A DNA stretch of 62,748 nucleotides, filler included, from Choristocarpus tenellus KU-1152 (taxonomy: Eukaryota > Protista > Phaeophyceae): NCBI GenBank assembly GCA_964200185.2. It is 7 parts of 7 records of this genome, joined end to end, with 100 filler letters (N's around TTAATTAATTAA, not from the genome) between each part and the next. Parts side by side here need not be neighbours in the genome. Positions count along the whole stretch, not along the records: positions 41,642 to 51,478 come from CAXNAD020003345.1; positions 51,579 to 59,537 come from CAXNAD020005340.1; 5 more parts are not named here. One strand, written 5' to 3'. Made by a program: the position numbers and the translations under genes. Positions 42,643 to 55,800 of this stretch are shown piece after piece (the first letter of the stretch is position 1; each line of letters begins with the position of its first letter). Under the pieces are notes generated by a model. The model searched no databases. It was not told the origin of the DNA and saw only the letters and a list, made by a program, of their open reading frames with translations.

Positions 42643-43739
42643 TCTATATATACTGGAGGTCCTGCTAATGTTACAATTCAAAGTACAGATAGAATAGCTT
42701 AAATATAGAAATACTCACAATATTGCTTTGAGTCAATCAGGTACCCCACCCCAGCAATTTGCCCTACCTCCCAACCTTATTGTACTATATGGTGTACATT
42801 ATTGTGATTACTACAACTGACTTTGGCACGATAAGGCAAAGTGTATCCCTAAACTTATGGATAAAGCAAACACCTTGTGGCAGTAGTAGTAGTGAAGGTG
42901 CCATGTACCTGTCAGCAATTGAGAAGTAGAAACAACACAGTACCTAGGCCCGAGAAGTATTGGGGGGTATGTAATCTCCTTAGGGCACTTCTACCTTGGG
43001 AAGTCGTTACTATTCCTGTGCTGTCACAAGATTGTGGTGCCTTCTCTAAAACTGCTCCAGAATATTTCTCACTCTGGAAGTTGGGTTGGGCTATACCGAC
43101 CAGAGTTGATGTTGTTGGGTTAAATGTTGAGCGGTGGTGATAGTGCCTTTTCATATAATTTCTTGTCTCATTATATCAATGTAGAACTTAGGAACTATAC
43201 CTAAAGTGTGTGCGTGTTGATTGGTGCTGCACTGGAATATTGCAGGTTGAGATCTCAGACTGAGATGTCACTATCATTTTCATTTAATTTTTATGTGCAG
43301 CAAACCACCTGTTGAAACACACTGTTACCTAGGTAGCAAGTTGAGGAACCCTGCTTCATGGCAAGGACACAGATCCTACAATAACAAAGGAAACCCCCAT
43401 TTGACAAACCATACAGAGTGGGGACCAAACGCTCTCAAATGCACCCTCTCATGCACACATGTAGGTATTTGAGCAAGTAACAAGATATTTGCTCTATATT
43501 CCAACACTGCTCACACACACACAAACACACACACAAATATATGTAATTGTTATATATATACATGCCAAATACAAAACACAAGCACTATTGTCTCACACTT
43601 TCCTCCACGACAATTGAACTATTGCGATGCCAGCCTAAGGGGTGCCAAAAGTTGAAGTCTGAATCATTGTCATGGCACAGAAGCCGGAAAACATATCGCC
43701 CCACGGTCCAACAGAGAGATATCATTTCACATACTACAT

Positions 43740-44760
43740 AGTATTGCTCCATTGACAACCAACCAGGCACAACACTAAGGGGAGAAGCAACTCGAATCTT
43801 GCTTCATTGTCTACACTAACAAACAAGCCACATAGATCACCCCTCGCATTCCGTTTCCAGGGGTATTCTAACAAATCACTGAAGAACATCAAAATACAAA
43901 AAGTCATCAGAGCAGGCAGAAAGCTCGCTCCACATTTCAGCACTGCCTCAAGAAGACCACACCAAGCACACAAGCACTATAACATCATATTCGACGCCTC
44001 ACTCAAGAACCCATCCAAGGCAATCAAGGTGTAATGCCACCCATCAGTCACAGCAATTGTATAGCAAATTCAGTCTCCTCACTCCTTGGCACAAACATGA
44101 CCAAGCCTTGATGAATCCATGGGGTAAATCAGTCAGAAATATGCACAAAGCATTGTTATAGACCATTGGGTGCAAATAGACACACACAACAAAAGCTTCC
44201 AAAATGAACAATCATCTAGCCAAACACGCCACCACAAGCTCTCAGGACCCTATGATCATGGCACGCACCGCCAACAGTTTGAGGTGCTGCTAATGCTTTA
44301 ACACTTTCATTTAGTGGGTCTTGAAATGACCAACTGAAAAGAACATCCCGTAAGCCCTTCACAGCAAACATTGGGGACCATAAGCCATTATTGTGAGATA
44401 ACGTACCTTCCAGATCGAACTACAGTGCTCTTGACGTTGAATCTTCTACCCAAACATTCTCCTTCAAAGTCAACACCTCTTCTCTCTCGTGTCTCAGTCC
44501 ATTTCCCTGACAGCAATATCCAAGGTGTGCAGGCACTGTTCAATACTCCCTTGTGAAGGAGTCCTTTGAAAACAAGCATACCCAGTGTGTTGCCAACCTG
44601 ACAGTAGGAGAGTGATGAAATCGAGACATTAGAAACAGTCGGGGTGTTGTTGGTGCAGACACCAAACAAAGCATAATGCCTGTATTCATGTGCCGTGAAG
44701 GTTCAGGGCTTGACACAATATCACGAGATGGAGCCACTGTTGTTGTAGTCCACATGATTT
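43740..44760 (+). mobile_element. Heavily decayed Penelope-like reverse transcriptase remnant
   Basis: Frameshifted motifs in the expected order: NIP.KP..ANIGT (~44342-44380) and LDVES/FYPNI (~44430-44457), resembling PLE RT PLRPIVS..G and DVESLYPNI. Boundaries approximate. Confidence 0.4.
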
Positions 44761-45022
44761 CTTAGTGCTATATATATACATCTATTGATCAATGGTAGTG
44801 CACGATGCCGGTTCTATTGTTGTAGAGTACTTTGGAGTTGTTTTCTGTACAGAGGTAGGGATCCCTGATTGATCCTTCACAGATAAACACTCCGGAAGGC
44901 ATTAGTCCCATGGGGTGGAATGGCTACCTACTGTGGTGATGTGCTATAAATCGAACACAGTTCTCTGACCATAGTCTGCGATGAATGGTGTATCAATATT
45001 GGGAACTTGTCGAAGCAGTTTT

Positions 45023-45279
45023 GAGACAAAGTATCTTAGAGGGTAGAGCCGCATCCATTTGGGGACCCAAGTCCGATGTTGCGATTTTGACGCAATATTT
45101 TGGCTGTCGTGTTTGCTAGGAAGTGTCAATATCCATGTTCCGGACACACCTTCTCATAACATACACACTTGACCTAATCCTAAACATTTTGGAGTAGGAA
45201 AATTTCATAAAAGCACCCATGGTAAGCCAAGCCCGAAATGGACAGAGCAAAACTCGTATCCTCTACAATACTTTCACTC
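45023..45279 (-). mobile_element. MITE family A, full copy
   Basis: GAGACAAAGTATCTTAGAGGGTAG...CTCTACAATACTTTCACTC; flanks TTTT/TGTT. Confidence 0.9.
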
Positions 45280-45977
45280 TGTTACTACATTTGGTACAAG
45301 TGAGGACCACATGCCCGAACCTGGCATGATGGCTAGCTTGAGATACCATTAGGTCAGTTGTCATCAGCTAGGTCTTGGGCAAGAAATGGAAGCATTTAGT
45401 TGTTTTAGAGATCAAACCTCTGCTTCCATAGAGGGAGGTGGATAGTACAAGAAATAGATAACTAAATAGTAGAACAAGGGAAATATGAAGATTATTGAAA
45501 AAGCAGAGTGGAGCGCCTAACATTGTAGATGGAACGAGTTCTTGGGGTGGGATGGAGTAGTATGGAACGCAATATTGTGAGCGCTTTCTTGGTAAATGAC
45601 CATAGAGACTCCTCAATACAGCTGTGGGTGGTGGGTAGCTCAGTATGTAGCGCTGTTGTCTATCCCTAGCATTAGACCTCATGAAAGTGATAGTTCAATC
45701 TGAGAGTAAAACGATTCCATAGGTGGAACCATCTTGACCAAATTCAAAACACATTTATCATTTATCATTTTTCAATCTCCTCAAACAACCACATAGGAAG
45801 AAGGGAGAGAAACAGTGTAACGATGGATACAGATATCAACCACACCTTATCTAGCAATAACCGCTACTTCTATAAAGTTGTATACTACATGGAGTCGGAA
45901 AAACAGCAAAAAGACACAGCTTGGACAATTTTGGGACCTCAACGTCAGTTCTAAACAAAAACGTATGACTAACGAAT

Positions 45978-46242
45978 GAGTGAGGGTATCTTAGAGGGTA
46001 GGAGGTTTCCCCTGTTCCTCCATTTCAGGCTTGGTTGGCTTCCCACGGGATTTATTTTATGACACTATACTTAATCCGAAATGTTTCGGAGTAGGTAAAA
46101 TGTGTACGTTATGAAAAGGTGTGTCCGGAATAAGGATATTGACACTTCCTAACAAATTTGATAGTCGAAATTACATCAAAATCGCAGCATTGGATTTTGT
46201 CCTCCAAACGGACGTGCTCTGCCCTCTAAGATACATTAACTC
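45978..46242 (+). mobile_element. MITE family A, full copy
   Basis: GAGTGAGGGTATCTTAGAGGGTAGG...GCCCTCTAAGATACATTAACTC. Confidence 0.9.
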
Positions 46243-47531
46243 AGGTGGTAAGGATGGTTGCCACGAGCACAGGACATAAAAATGAAATATTTTCTGATTG
46301 CAAGATGAAACGACAGATGAACCAGGACCATACAGCCTCTCACCTCATAGGCTAGCGCCCCACCTCCTTCCTCTTAAACCAGGGGGGTACACAGTTCCTC
46401 TCATGAAGGAAGGGGCGCATAAGCATCTGAGTGGCAGTGATGCGCTTCCTTGGGTCTACCGCAAGTGCCTGTGTGTTGAGATCACATGCCATGGGTGGAC
46501 CAATCATGATCCAAATCAATGGGGGCAGACACAAGTGAACCCCTACAACACAACATATGTGCTGAAAGAAGTTGAGCTTCTCATGACCTCAAACACACGG
46601 CAGATGCTAGGTACAATCGCTGTTTGTCATCGGTACCACAATGTCATGTGACCATAAGGACTGAGCACATTACTCCCCGTGTATTCTCGGCCCTGTGGGT
46701 GGGAGTCTTCTCCGTACCCGTTCAATCAAGAAGATAATGATCTCCCCTACAATGGATGGACGTTTCCAAATGTGTACTTACATGTAGGATTGTACCCATA
46801 GTGCTATTGATAACAAGTAGAATGCTTGCATTGGCAGGCGGAAGTATTGTGAAATTCTACAGACAGTATGCAAGTGAGGCATGACTAAGTCATGCATTAT
46901 GAGGTGGTAACCATTTCATTCTGATGCTGCACCCACCTCGTGGATGAGCATTGCCATATTATATGACATTGTATCTGGTAACACATAGAGCCCCGCCTCG
47001 ACATTCAGCAAATGCATTAGTTCCTCCTGTACAATGACAAGGCATCGAGAGGGCAAGTACTCAACACCAACCTGCTTGCAGACCGTGTCCCTGGACTATA
47101 GGGCGCCATGGTATAAAGTGCGCAAAATATTCATTGGGGTGTTAAAGTACATGAACTGGAAGCTACCTCAATATTCCTGCTACAATTCTGTAAGAAACTA
47201 CATCCGTATGATATACCAGAGCACCAATCATTCCAAGCACTAATGAGACCTATCCTCGCTATGTTGTCAACAACAGACTCAACCAAATGAAAGCACTACA
47301 CAAATAATAGACAACACAATTTGTTTGAACAAGGGAATTCTGGTCCGCCATACACTTTGCCATGAAATGCATCGGGATTGTTCATCCAGAAACAGATGGT
47401 GGGGTTGGTAGGCAGGGCTTGTTTTGTGCAGAGGCACGTCCCATCTATTGATGTCCACAGTCATGTGGATCCAATGCTGCATCCCATAAAATGTGCAAAA
47501 GACTATAAATACGTACTGTAAGAGTGCAGAT

Positions 47532-47791
47532 GAGTGAAAGTATCTTAGAGGGTACGAGCTTTCCCCTGTTTGTCCATTTGTGTCTTGGCTTCCGATGGGT
47601 TTTGAATGACATTTTACCTACTCCAAAATGTTTCGGAGTAGGTAAAATGTATACATTATGAAAAGGTGTGTTCAGAACGAGGACGTTGACATCTCCTAAC
47701 AAACATGATAGCCAAAATTACATCAAAATTGCAACATTGGATTTTGGTCCCCAAAATGGACGCGGCTCTACCCTCTAAGATACTTTGACTC
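47532..47791 (+). mobile_element. MITE family A, full copy with 4-bp TSD AGAT
   Basis: AGAT|GAGTGAAAGTATCTTAGAGGGTA...TACCCTCTAAGATACTTTGACTC|AGAT. Confidence 0.93.
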
Positions 47792-48310
47792 AGATCAGGA
47801 CATTTTCATGGGAAACCCCCAACTGTGTGTCTCAGAATGTCACCGGCCTGGCTGAAGGGTTGATCAATTTTGTTCCATAGTATGTACCTTGAGAAGCTTG
47901 ACCGGAAGGTTTATCGGACTGTTGTGGCAGGGTGTGATCCTACCAAGGTCAAAGGTAGGCTGCATCCCGTAGTGAGGGAATATCTCCAAATTGTTCTCGT
48001 TTGGAGTTGTGAGCGCGCTCATGGTCACCCCCAGAGCCCACACATCCACAGGTGTCCCACAGTTCCTCCACATCCTTTTGCTGTTTAGCATGTGACCCAC
48101 CTGTTATTTCTCATCTGTCAGGGCTGAGTTCCTTCTTTTCTACTTGGAAATACAAGACAAGCAACACCTACTTGGACTTGTATACTATCCATATGTAACT
48201 TTCATAGGGTAGCATGACGCAGCCCTTTCCTAGGTTGACCCATTGCCCGGCCAAAGAGAAGAGAGGTATGCTCCTACGACGAAACAACGGACACCATCTA
48301 GTGATACCTC

Positions 48311-48568
48311 GAGTGAAAGTATCTTAGAGGGTAAGAGTTTTGCCCTGTTTGTCCATTTCGGACTTGACTTCCCATTTCTTGTTTTTTTAGATTTTCCAAC
48401 TCCGATATATTTCAGAGTAGGTAAAATGTATGCACTATAAAAAGCTGTGTTCGGAAAATGGATATTGACATCTCCTAACAAGCACGATAGCCAAAATTAC
48501 ATCAAAATTGCAACATTGGATTTTGCTCCCAAATGGACATGGCTCTACCCTCTAAGATACTTTGACTC
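48311..48568 (+). mobile_element. MITE family A, full copy
   Basis: GAGTGAAAGTATCTTAGAGGGTA...TACCCTCTAAGATACTTTGACTC. Confidence 0.9.
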
Positions 48569-49587
48569 AAATATCCTCCAATGATTGGATTTTTTTAATC
48601 AATGCTTCTCTGGTGCTGTCGTTGAAGTCAGCCACCACGTGCACCACTCTGTCCCCTCTCCTCCCCTCACCCCCCAAACGTGATAGCATCACGTGTGTAG
48701 TCTCACCCATTTTTCTTAAGATATCAAAGGGCTGATCATACATCATTGTGTATCGCACGACAGTTCCACAATTGGCATCGATATTATCTGGACCCATTAT
48801 TTTGTCTCAATAACATGGATAACCAATTGATTTCCACAATTTGGATGTACACGCCAGTCTCTCCAAGTATGCACTTGCTGTATCTCCAACGCTCTTGTTG
48901 TGTATGTGAACAACGCATGAATCTTCATCCTGTACATGTCCACATTTTGTATTATACCGCACACACCCCATCCGTTCATGTTTCCATAACTGTTCTAAAC
49001 TTACTGGTCAATAGTCGTCCCACTACACGTTTCCTCCCATGCGTCTTCAATATCCACCAATACCGGGACGCAAATTCCCTATCGGCAATTAGGATTAGGG
49101 AAGACGACTAAAAACGTCGTTTGTTATTCTTCGGTGAGACCACCATACACACCAATTACCTGTCCATATTTGACCCTCAAAATGTCGATCATCACATCGT
49201 CCCACCTCTCATTAATTTTCCTGAGACTATAGCCCTGACATACACCTTGACCAACTCCACACGGCCTTGTTAGAAAATCTTGAAACAGAGTCCACGAGCA
49301 TCTCAAGGTGTACTCTTTATACACTAATCGTGTGTTTCCCCACAAACATACTCGTTAACACCCTTCCCCAACCCCAAGATATCGTATTTGAGGGTTAATG
49401 AGCAGAAGAGGCCAACCTCCTCTGTAACCAATTTTCTTTACACACTGCAGCACTTCAACGCATACATTACCTGTTGTGACCACAACACTCCCCTCATCCT
49501 ATGAAGAAATAAACGATCCCCATCCATTACAAGCAGCATTCGAAAGTAATTTTATTATATTATCGCATTTCACCCCTTCGGAATTTT

Positions 49588-50438
49588 GAGTGAATGTATC
49601 TCAGAGGGTACGAATTTTGCGTGGTTTGTTCCGTTTGGGGTGTGGATTCCCGTAGGTTTTATTATGAAATTTTAACTACTCGGAAATGTTTTGGAGTAGG
49701 TAAAATGCGCACAGTACTGTGCAAAAAGTTTAGTACAAACGTGAATTTGACTTTTCTGTGCGTTCCTACGGGAAATTTTGCCATGCTTATCGTTATTATG
49801 CCTAACAAGGACCTCCTAAATTGTTATGGAAGAAATCACTTCGTTGGTTCCTATTATACTGTGAATTTTGCAAAAACCGATTTTCACATTTCGCCATAAC
49901 CTGACTATAACTATATTTAAAGCAGTTCTTCGTCTTCTATCTAATACTTGGTCCAATTATCCTTTAGCGTCCACGACATCTCTGCATCTTTTTGGCATAG
50001 AGTGGACGAGATTCTTGAGATATTCCGGAATTATGTTTTCCCACTCTTCTCGTAGTACATCGAACAATTCATCCAGGTTTTTCGGTTTTCTGGACCTCTT
50101 TCGAACTTGCGGGTCTAGATGATGCCATAGGTTCTCAATGGGATTTAAATCAGGCGACTGTGCAGGCCATTCCATCAAGGTCGCAGGCCACCGGTCACCT
50201 TTCAAATAGGCAAGGTTCTTCTTCGCCGTATGCTTCGGATCGTTGTCCTGTCTGGAACTCCAATTTTATATTTGTACTAAAATGTTTGCACAGTACTGTA
50301 CGTTATGAAAATGGGTGTCCGTAACAAGGATATTGAGACCTTCCTCACAAACACAATACCCGAAATTTCATCGAAATCACAACATTTGATTTTGGCCCCG
50401 AAACGGACACGACTCTACCCTCTAAGATACTTTTACTC
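49588..50438 (+). mobile_element. MITE family A copy (TSD TTTT) split by the Tc1 derivative
   Basis: Removing the 587-bp Tc1 element plus 2 bp leaves a 262-bp copy: TTTT|GAGTGAATGTATC...GATACTTTTACTC|TTTT. Confidence 0.9.
49712..50298 (-). mobile_element. Internally deleted Tc1-like element (587 bp) nested inside a family-A MITE
   Basis: ~28-bp TIRs CAGTACTGTGCAAAAAGTTTAGTACAAA / TTTGTACTAAAATGTTTGCACAGTACTG. TA on the right flank, CA on the left. Transposase C-terminus QDNDPKH...MEWPAQSPDLNPIENLW...SMPKRCRDVVDAKG at ~50251-49957. Confidence 0.9.
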
Positions 50439-51377
50439 TTTTCACTTCATTTCGAGCAACATATCATCCAGGAAAGTGCCTTCAAAATTACGGCTCATCC
50501 TCCCCTAATGTTTTGTATAATAAAACAGGCCTTCTTTGTATGCCATAGTCTTTGGTCTCCCTACACCCACATCAACCTCATCCACCTACTCCATAGTGTA
50601 CTCGTTGACCAGAACATTTGTGACATTGCTTGTTTCGAATTGATTCCTACCTCGCCAAATTGACCAACCAACCCTCTGAATTCTATCAGCGTGATACGTA
50701 AGTCACTTCTCTTCCCAATACCTCTTTGCGTTTGTTGCAACCATTTCAAAATCCTATACCGCATCAAGGGCCATTGCCGAAGCTGCTCAAAAAACGTCAC
50801 ATAAGAGGACGTAGGAAATTGCTTACCCTGGCCTAAGCGCAAGGGTCATGATCACCCTTGTAAACTCTGGATCCCTATCACAGGAATTCACTGCCAACCT
50901 GCTGAATCGAGAAAGATTCGCCGCCATGGTGAAGAAGCTGAGCAGGGATCCGCAAGAGGCAGTGGACAATCTCCCGGCAATGGTTGGTGGCCAACCTTTC
51001 TCCCTGTGCTCCCTTTGGAAGATGTAGAACGAATTGAAGGAGTGCATGAGCGAATACGGAGTACCATCCAGCTCCTTGAATGTACATGAATGAAAAATGG
51101 GTCTCAGATGTCGTGGCGAAATCTACAGCGATGCTGCAAGAGGAAAATCATATGGAAAATATTTAACACAAGCACCAAAGAGAAGGTGGAGTCGAGCAGA
51201 TTCCATGTCCTGAATATGTTGGACATCTTCAAAAGGATGGTTTGCTGGGTGTGAGGGTGATGAAAAAAATACCGGAGAGATTTTCCTTGTGGCAGCCCCA
51301 CTCCTGCCTTTGGCAACAGAGGGGAAAGAGTGAAGAGGGAAAGCGGCAGAGGACACTGGTTAGACAATGCAACCAGT

Positions 51378-51808
51378 GAGTCAAAGTATCTTAGAGGGTA
51401 GAGTCGTGTTAAAGTATCCCCAAAATCATCAAAGAGGATAAAGGTGATAAACCCGGCGAGATTGCTTGGTGTCTGTAGNNNNNNNNNNNNNNNNNNNNNN
51501 NNNNNNNNNNNNNNNNNNNNNNTTAATTAATTAANNNNNNNNNNNNNNNNNNNNNNNNNNNNNNNNNNNNNNNNNNNNCGTCCATTTGGGGGTCAAAATA
51601 TAATGTTGCGATGTTGATATAATTTTGGCTATCGTATTTGTTAGGAAGTGTCAATATCTATGTTTCGGACACACCTTTTCATAACGTATACATTTTACCT
51701 ATTACTAAACATTTTGGAGTAGGAAAATGTCATGAAAAAACCCATGGGAAGCCAATCCCCAAATGGACAAACAGGGCAAAATTCGTACCCTCTAAGATAG
51801 TTTCACTC
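51378..51808 (-). mobile_element. MITE family A pieces on both sides of an assembly gap (51378-51408 and 51579-51808)
   Basis: Left TIR GAGTCAAAGTATCTTAGAGGGTAGAGTCG before the gap; after the gap the element resumes at CGTCCATTTGGGGG and ends TTTCACTC. Confidence 0.8.
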
Positions 51809-52230
51809 AATCTGGATGGACAATTGGTACAGATGACTGTTACGTCACTCTGTCTCTAACCACATACCCACAATAACCTTCGCCATCCGTGAACTATTGA
51901 CAGGGTCCTCTAAGGAAGATTGGAGAGGCCCTCCCACAGTTGCAAAATGGTGTTGTGGTGGAATCAAGTCCTCGTTATTTGTTCCACCCAGTGGTACCAT
52001 ACCGTATGAAAATGGTCATGCCCCTGGCCAAGATGGTAGTGGTTTTGAGGGATCCGATAGAGAGGTAGGTGTCACTACCCTACGTAAAATAGAAACCCAG
52101 ACGCACAGACCGACACACACACACACCTAGTACACGCTTGTTGGTCTATGGTATGAAGTACACGAGCATATGGTCAGCAATCAATCGTTGTAGTGCTTCT
52201 CCTCCATTTGACTCTCCCCACAATGGCTGT

Positions 52231-52467
52231 GAGTGAAAGTATTTTAGAGGGTACGAGTTTTGCACATTTTGTCCGTTTGGGGCTTGACTTCCCACAGTTT
52301 TTTATGACAATTTCCTATCCCGAATTGTTTCGAAGTAGGTAGAATGTGTACGTTTTTGGAGTAGGTATCACGTATATGTGTGGAACAAGGATATTGACAC
52401 TCCTAATCGCAATACTGGATTTTGACCCCAAATGGACGCAGATCTACCCTCTAAGATACTTTGACTC
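52231..52467 (+). mobile_element. MITE family A copy with an internal rearrangement
   Basis: GAGTGAAAGTATTTTAGAGGGTACG...TACCCTCTAAGATACTTTGACTC. Confidence 0.88.
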
Positions 52468-52891
52468 TGTTGTAGGTATGTATTTGAACATGTGTGGTGG
52501 AGTTGAGACTAATCAAGCGCTCATGCTATACAGTACATACTCTGGACTCCACGATGACAACCATTTTGTGATTAGAACAGTACTGTACTTGTAATAGCAG
52601 TAGTCCAAGCATCCCTTGGCACACCTACAAGTGCTACCATAGTTTACGACAACCATGCCAAGACTTAGTTTTGTGATGTATGCAGCACGGGCGTAAACAC
52701 ACGCAGGCAACGATTTTGACATATACACCACAGTTATAAGTGGGGGGATTGGCAGGTACATCTAATGGTTTGAGCTATATTGTTTGTTTACAGTAAAAAC
52801 TTAATCCTTTGTACCATCGTTGGTCTCTCTTCCTATTGTCATTTAATACCGCCGACTGAACCATAACCCTATTTGTAAATCTGGTTCACAG

Positions 52892-55800
52892 GTACTTTTC
52901 CCACTTGAGAATGGTCTGTTGCAAGCATAATGCCGACAGTGATTCCCAAGACATTTTGAAAAGGGTGACAAGGCACTTCCATCATCCGTTTTTCATGTCG
53001 GAGTACCTCAAGAAGGTAAGGTGTTCCAATAATGGAATGATTCACATATGCATATTTTATTTGTGGTAGTCAGTCAGTCAGTCTCTAATATCGAATATAT
53101 ATGCCCTCACTCACCAATCTCGGACAAGATCCTCAGATATTTTACTTTTGTGATCCAGACGAGGCCATGACAAGCCAACAACAAATATGTGATGCATGAC
53201 AGAGTCTTTTGTGCATTGTGTGTGTACACCTGCTCTTTAAGATTGTCTTGTTCAACTTACTTTCTTATGTGTACCCTTTACTTGTCCCCTTCACTTCCTC
53301 TCCTGCGCAATCCATCTCTACCCCCTTTTCACCTGACTGTGGGTAGTTTTTTTTCAAATATCACACTGATTCTTTGATTGTGATGGCAGTATCCCCCTAA
53401 TCATTGTTACAACTCGTGAAGTGATATTGTGTAGGAATGGAAAGGGGGGAAGGGGAAAGGGAAGATTGATCTATTCAAGATCCAGGGTAAATAGATTGCG
53501 AGAAAGTACGTGGTAACATGCTACACTTGAGATAATCTGTACTATAGAGCAGACAGGAACAATGAGAAAAAGAGCACAATACATGCCAAAACTGATTCTA
53601 AGCTGATAATATCTAAAGTGAAGGGTAATGGTGTTGAGCACGAGTTTGTAGCCATGATATCATATGGAAAGCAACACTTGCACCAATGCACTACATAGAA
53701 TAGAGTATATGACATTGACCAATAGGTTGTAGTGACCCCCGCAACCTCCCCTACTCCGATGACCTCGACACAACTCCTTCACGCCCACAACCCCTAGGTT
53801 GGGACACTTGCCCACAGTATAATCTTGTCTCCTATCTTACACCCTGGATTCTCGCTTTAGAGTTTCTGCATTTCATTAGGAAGAATTATTTATTTTTTGT
53901 TTCTGTAATTAACATTTCTCATGTTTCATGTTCTGTTTTAGAGACAAAACAAGCTTGATAACCTGATGCTCCAGAATATTGTTTGACATCAGTTGTAGCT
54001 ATAAAGATAATTCAAGGGGAAGCAATAACCATGTGCAGGGGGGTATTACGACACATTCTCTGGGTGGCGTTCCAACCCTTCACATAAATTAGAAAAAAAT
54101 GTATAAATGCTGCAATCTCACCCCAATCCAAATCATATCCAGCACCTATCCATCACACATGATATACTGAAATTAACAAGAAATCCACAAATATGAACAG
54201 TACCGGATACAGTGAGTAGTAGTTGCCATACCAAGTGGAGTTTGAAGCAGAGACCCCAAGGGGGAGGAGTTCTTTTTGCAACGATGAATTTGAGGTACCA
54301 AAGAAAAAAGTCCTCACAAGCAGACGATGATCATGTCCAAGTGTTGCACCCAAACTCTATGACTCACCCTTCAACTGAGCTCTCGGATCTAAGGAGGGGT
54401 AATCAGCTAGATTGGAAAATAACTCCACAATTTGCGACTTGGGTTGCAAGCAAAAGTCTCTGAGGGATGTCAATAACCGACTCCCTATACTTGTACTTAG
54501 TGGTATTGAGGGGGGAAGTAGAGGATATATATGCGTGCAGAGCAACATATGCACCAATGGGATGAGCAGCAGTAGATCTGTATGCCACTTTTGAGTCAAT
54601 AGGATATACCCACTTGCCCTGCAGCGTTCTTGATACCCTCTAAATCTGGATACTACTATTTATCTTGATATCACTGTGGGCTTTCACTCAAGGCTAGCTC
54701 ACCAAATATGTTCACTCTATTAATAGAATGTTTCTTTTTCTGCAGGCATCAGAGGCCTACCAATCACAGGAGTGTTGGGGTGACGGGTTGAGAGCTGAGG
54801 ACCTCTGGAATTGCTATGAGAAGATAGATGTGTACAACCCTCTCCTCAGGGGACTATATGCCGACCAGCTGGAACGGTGGTTCAAGGTTTTCGATGACTC
54901 CCAGGAACGTATATAATGTAATACTGGGGTACTTTGTAGGCTCCAAACTCAAGTGAGAAGAGCAGACAGGGCATCCTTTTCTAGGGAGGGCGCGTTAACT
55001 GTCAATTGGGAGCTGCTAGGCGGTGGGAAACAAGATGTGACAATGGTGGTTTGTGTTTTGGGGAAAGTGAAGGCGGGCCTATCCTCCGCTTTGCTTACCA
55101 TTACAGTGAAATTAAGCCACGACTTTGTACACGTCCAGATGCGCGGCGAATCAAATCAAGTGAGATTTTATTGCGCGCACTGAGGGAGTTCTCCTTCAAT
55201 AGTACCTTGTCGAATCCCTACTTCTCCTTGTTTGCACTTACTGGTTTCATTTTTCTCACTCCTTTCTCCTGTGTTCGGCAGATACTGGTCGTCTCTTCTG
55301 AGGAGATGTATGGTAACTTCACATACATTTTGGATGAGGTGGCGGCGTTTGCAGGATTGCCAGCTCATGACTTTGAGTATGACCCGCATCATGCCTTCCA
55401 CTCGTGCTCTGGCAAGGAGTTGCACAGAGATGGCGTGTGAGTCACTGATGGGGAGAGGGGGGAGGTTGTTGCCATCGACAACATTCAGAGTTGACACTTC
55501 ATCGTATCGGTGTGAATTAGGATGAGGTGTTTTCATTGCATCCCCCAAAGCGTAGGAACCTCCACAGATGTCCAACCCGCCTCTGCAAGGTTGTGTATCC
55601 TGTTAGAGGACACTGGCATCTTGCGATGGTAGGGTTGGAAAAAGATGGAGATCCAGGGCCAAGAGTGGTGTGGTGTATAATAGTGAAAAATGCAAAGTTT
55701 CAATCTGTGCTTCAGTCCACCATCATGGAAAGATTAGTCTCTTAGTATTACTCTTACACGGAATGACTTTGAATGGAACTCCACATCTGGGCAGTGCATA

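Noticed and set aside
47445-47702. Family of similar short ORFs beginning MLGDVNI/MLGSVNI (also 32419, 48230, 51638, 57911)
   Set aside because: Incidental translations of MITE family A with non-ATG starts and frameshifts between copies.
48570-51370. Coding-like fragments flanking the nested element (ADREF motif at ~49070; Helitron-like segment at 50800-51100)
   Set aside because: Fragmented by stops and frameshifts; resemblance too weak to name.
42385-52467. Regularly recurring AAGTATCTTAGAGGGTA repeats suggesting a CRISPR-like or recombination-cassette array
   Set aside because: They are paired TIRs of ~260-bp MITEs in both orientations with conserved interiors and irregular spacing; no cas or recombinase gene is present.
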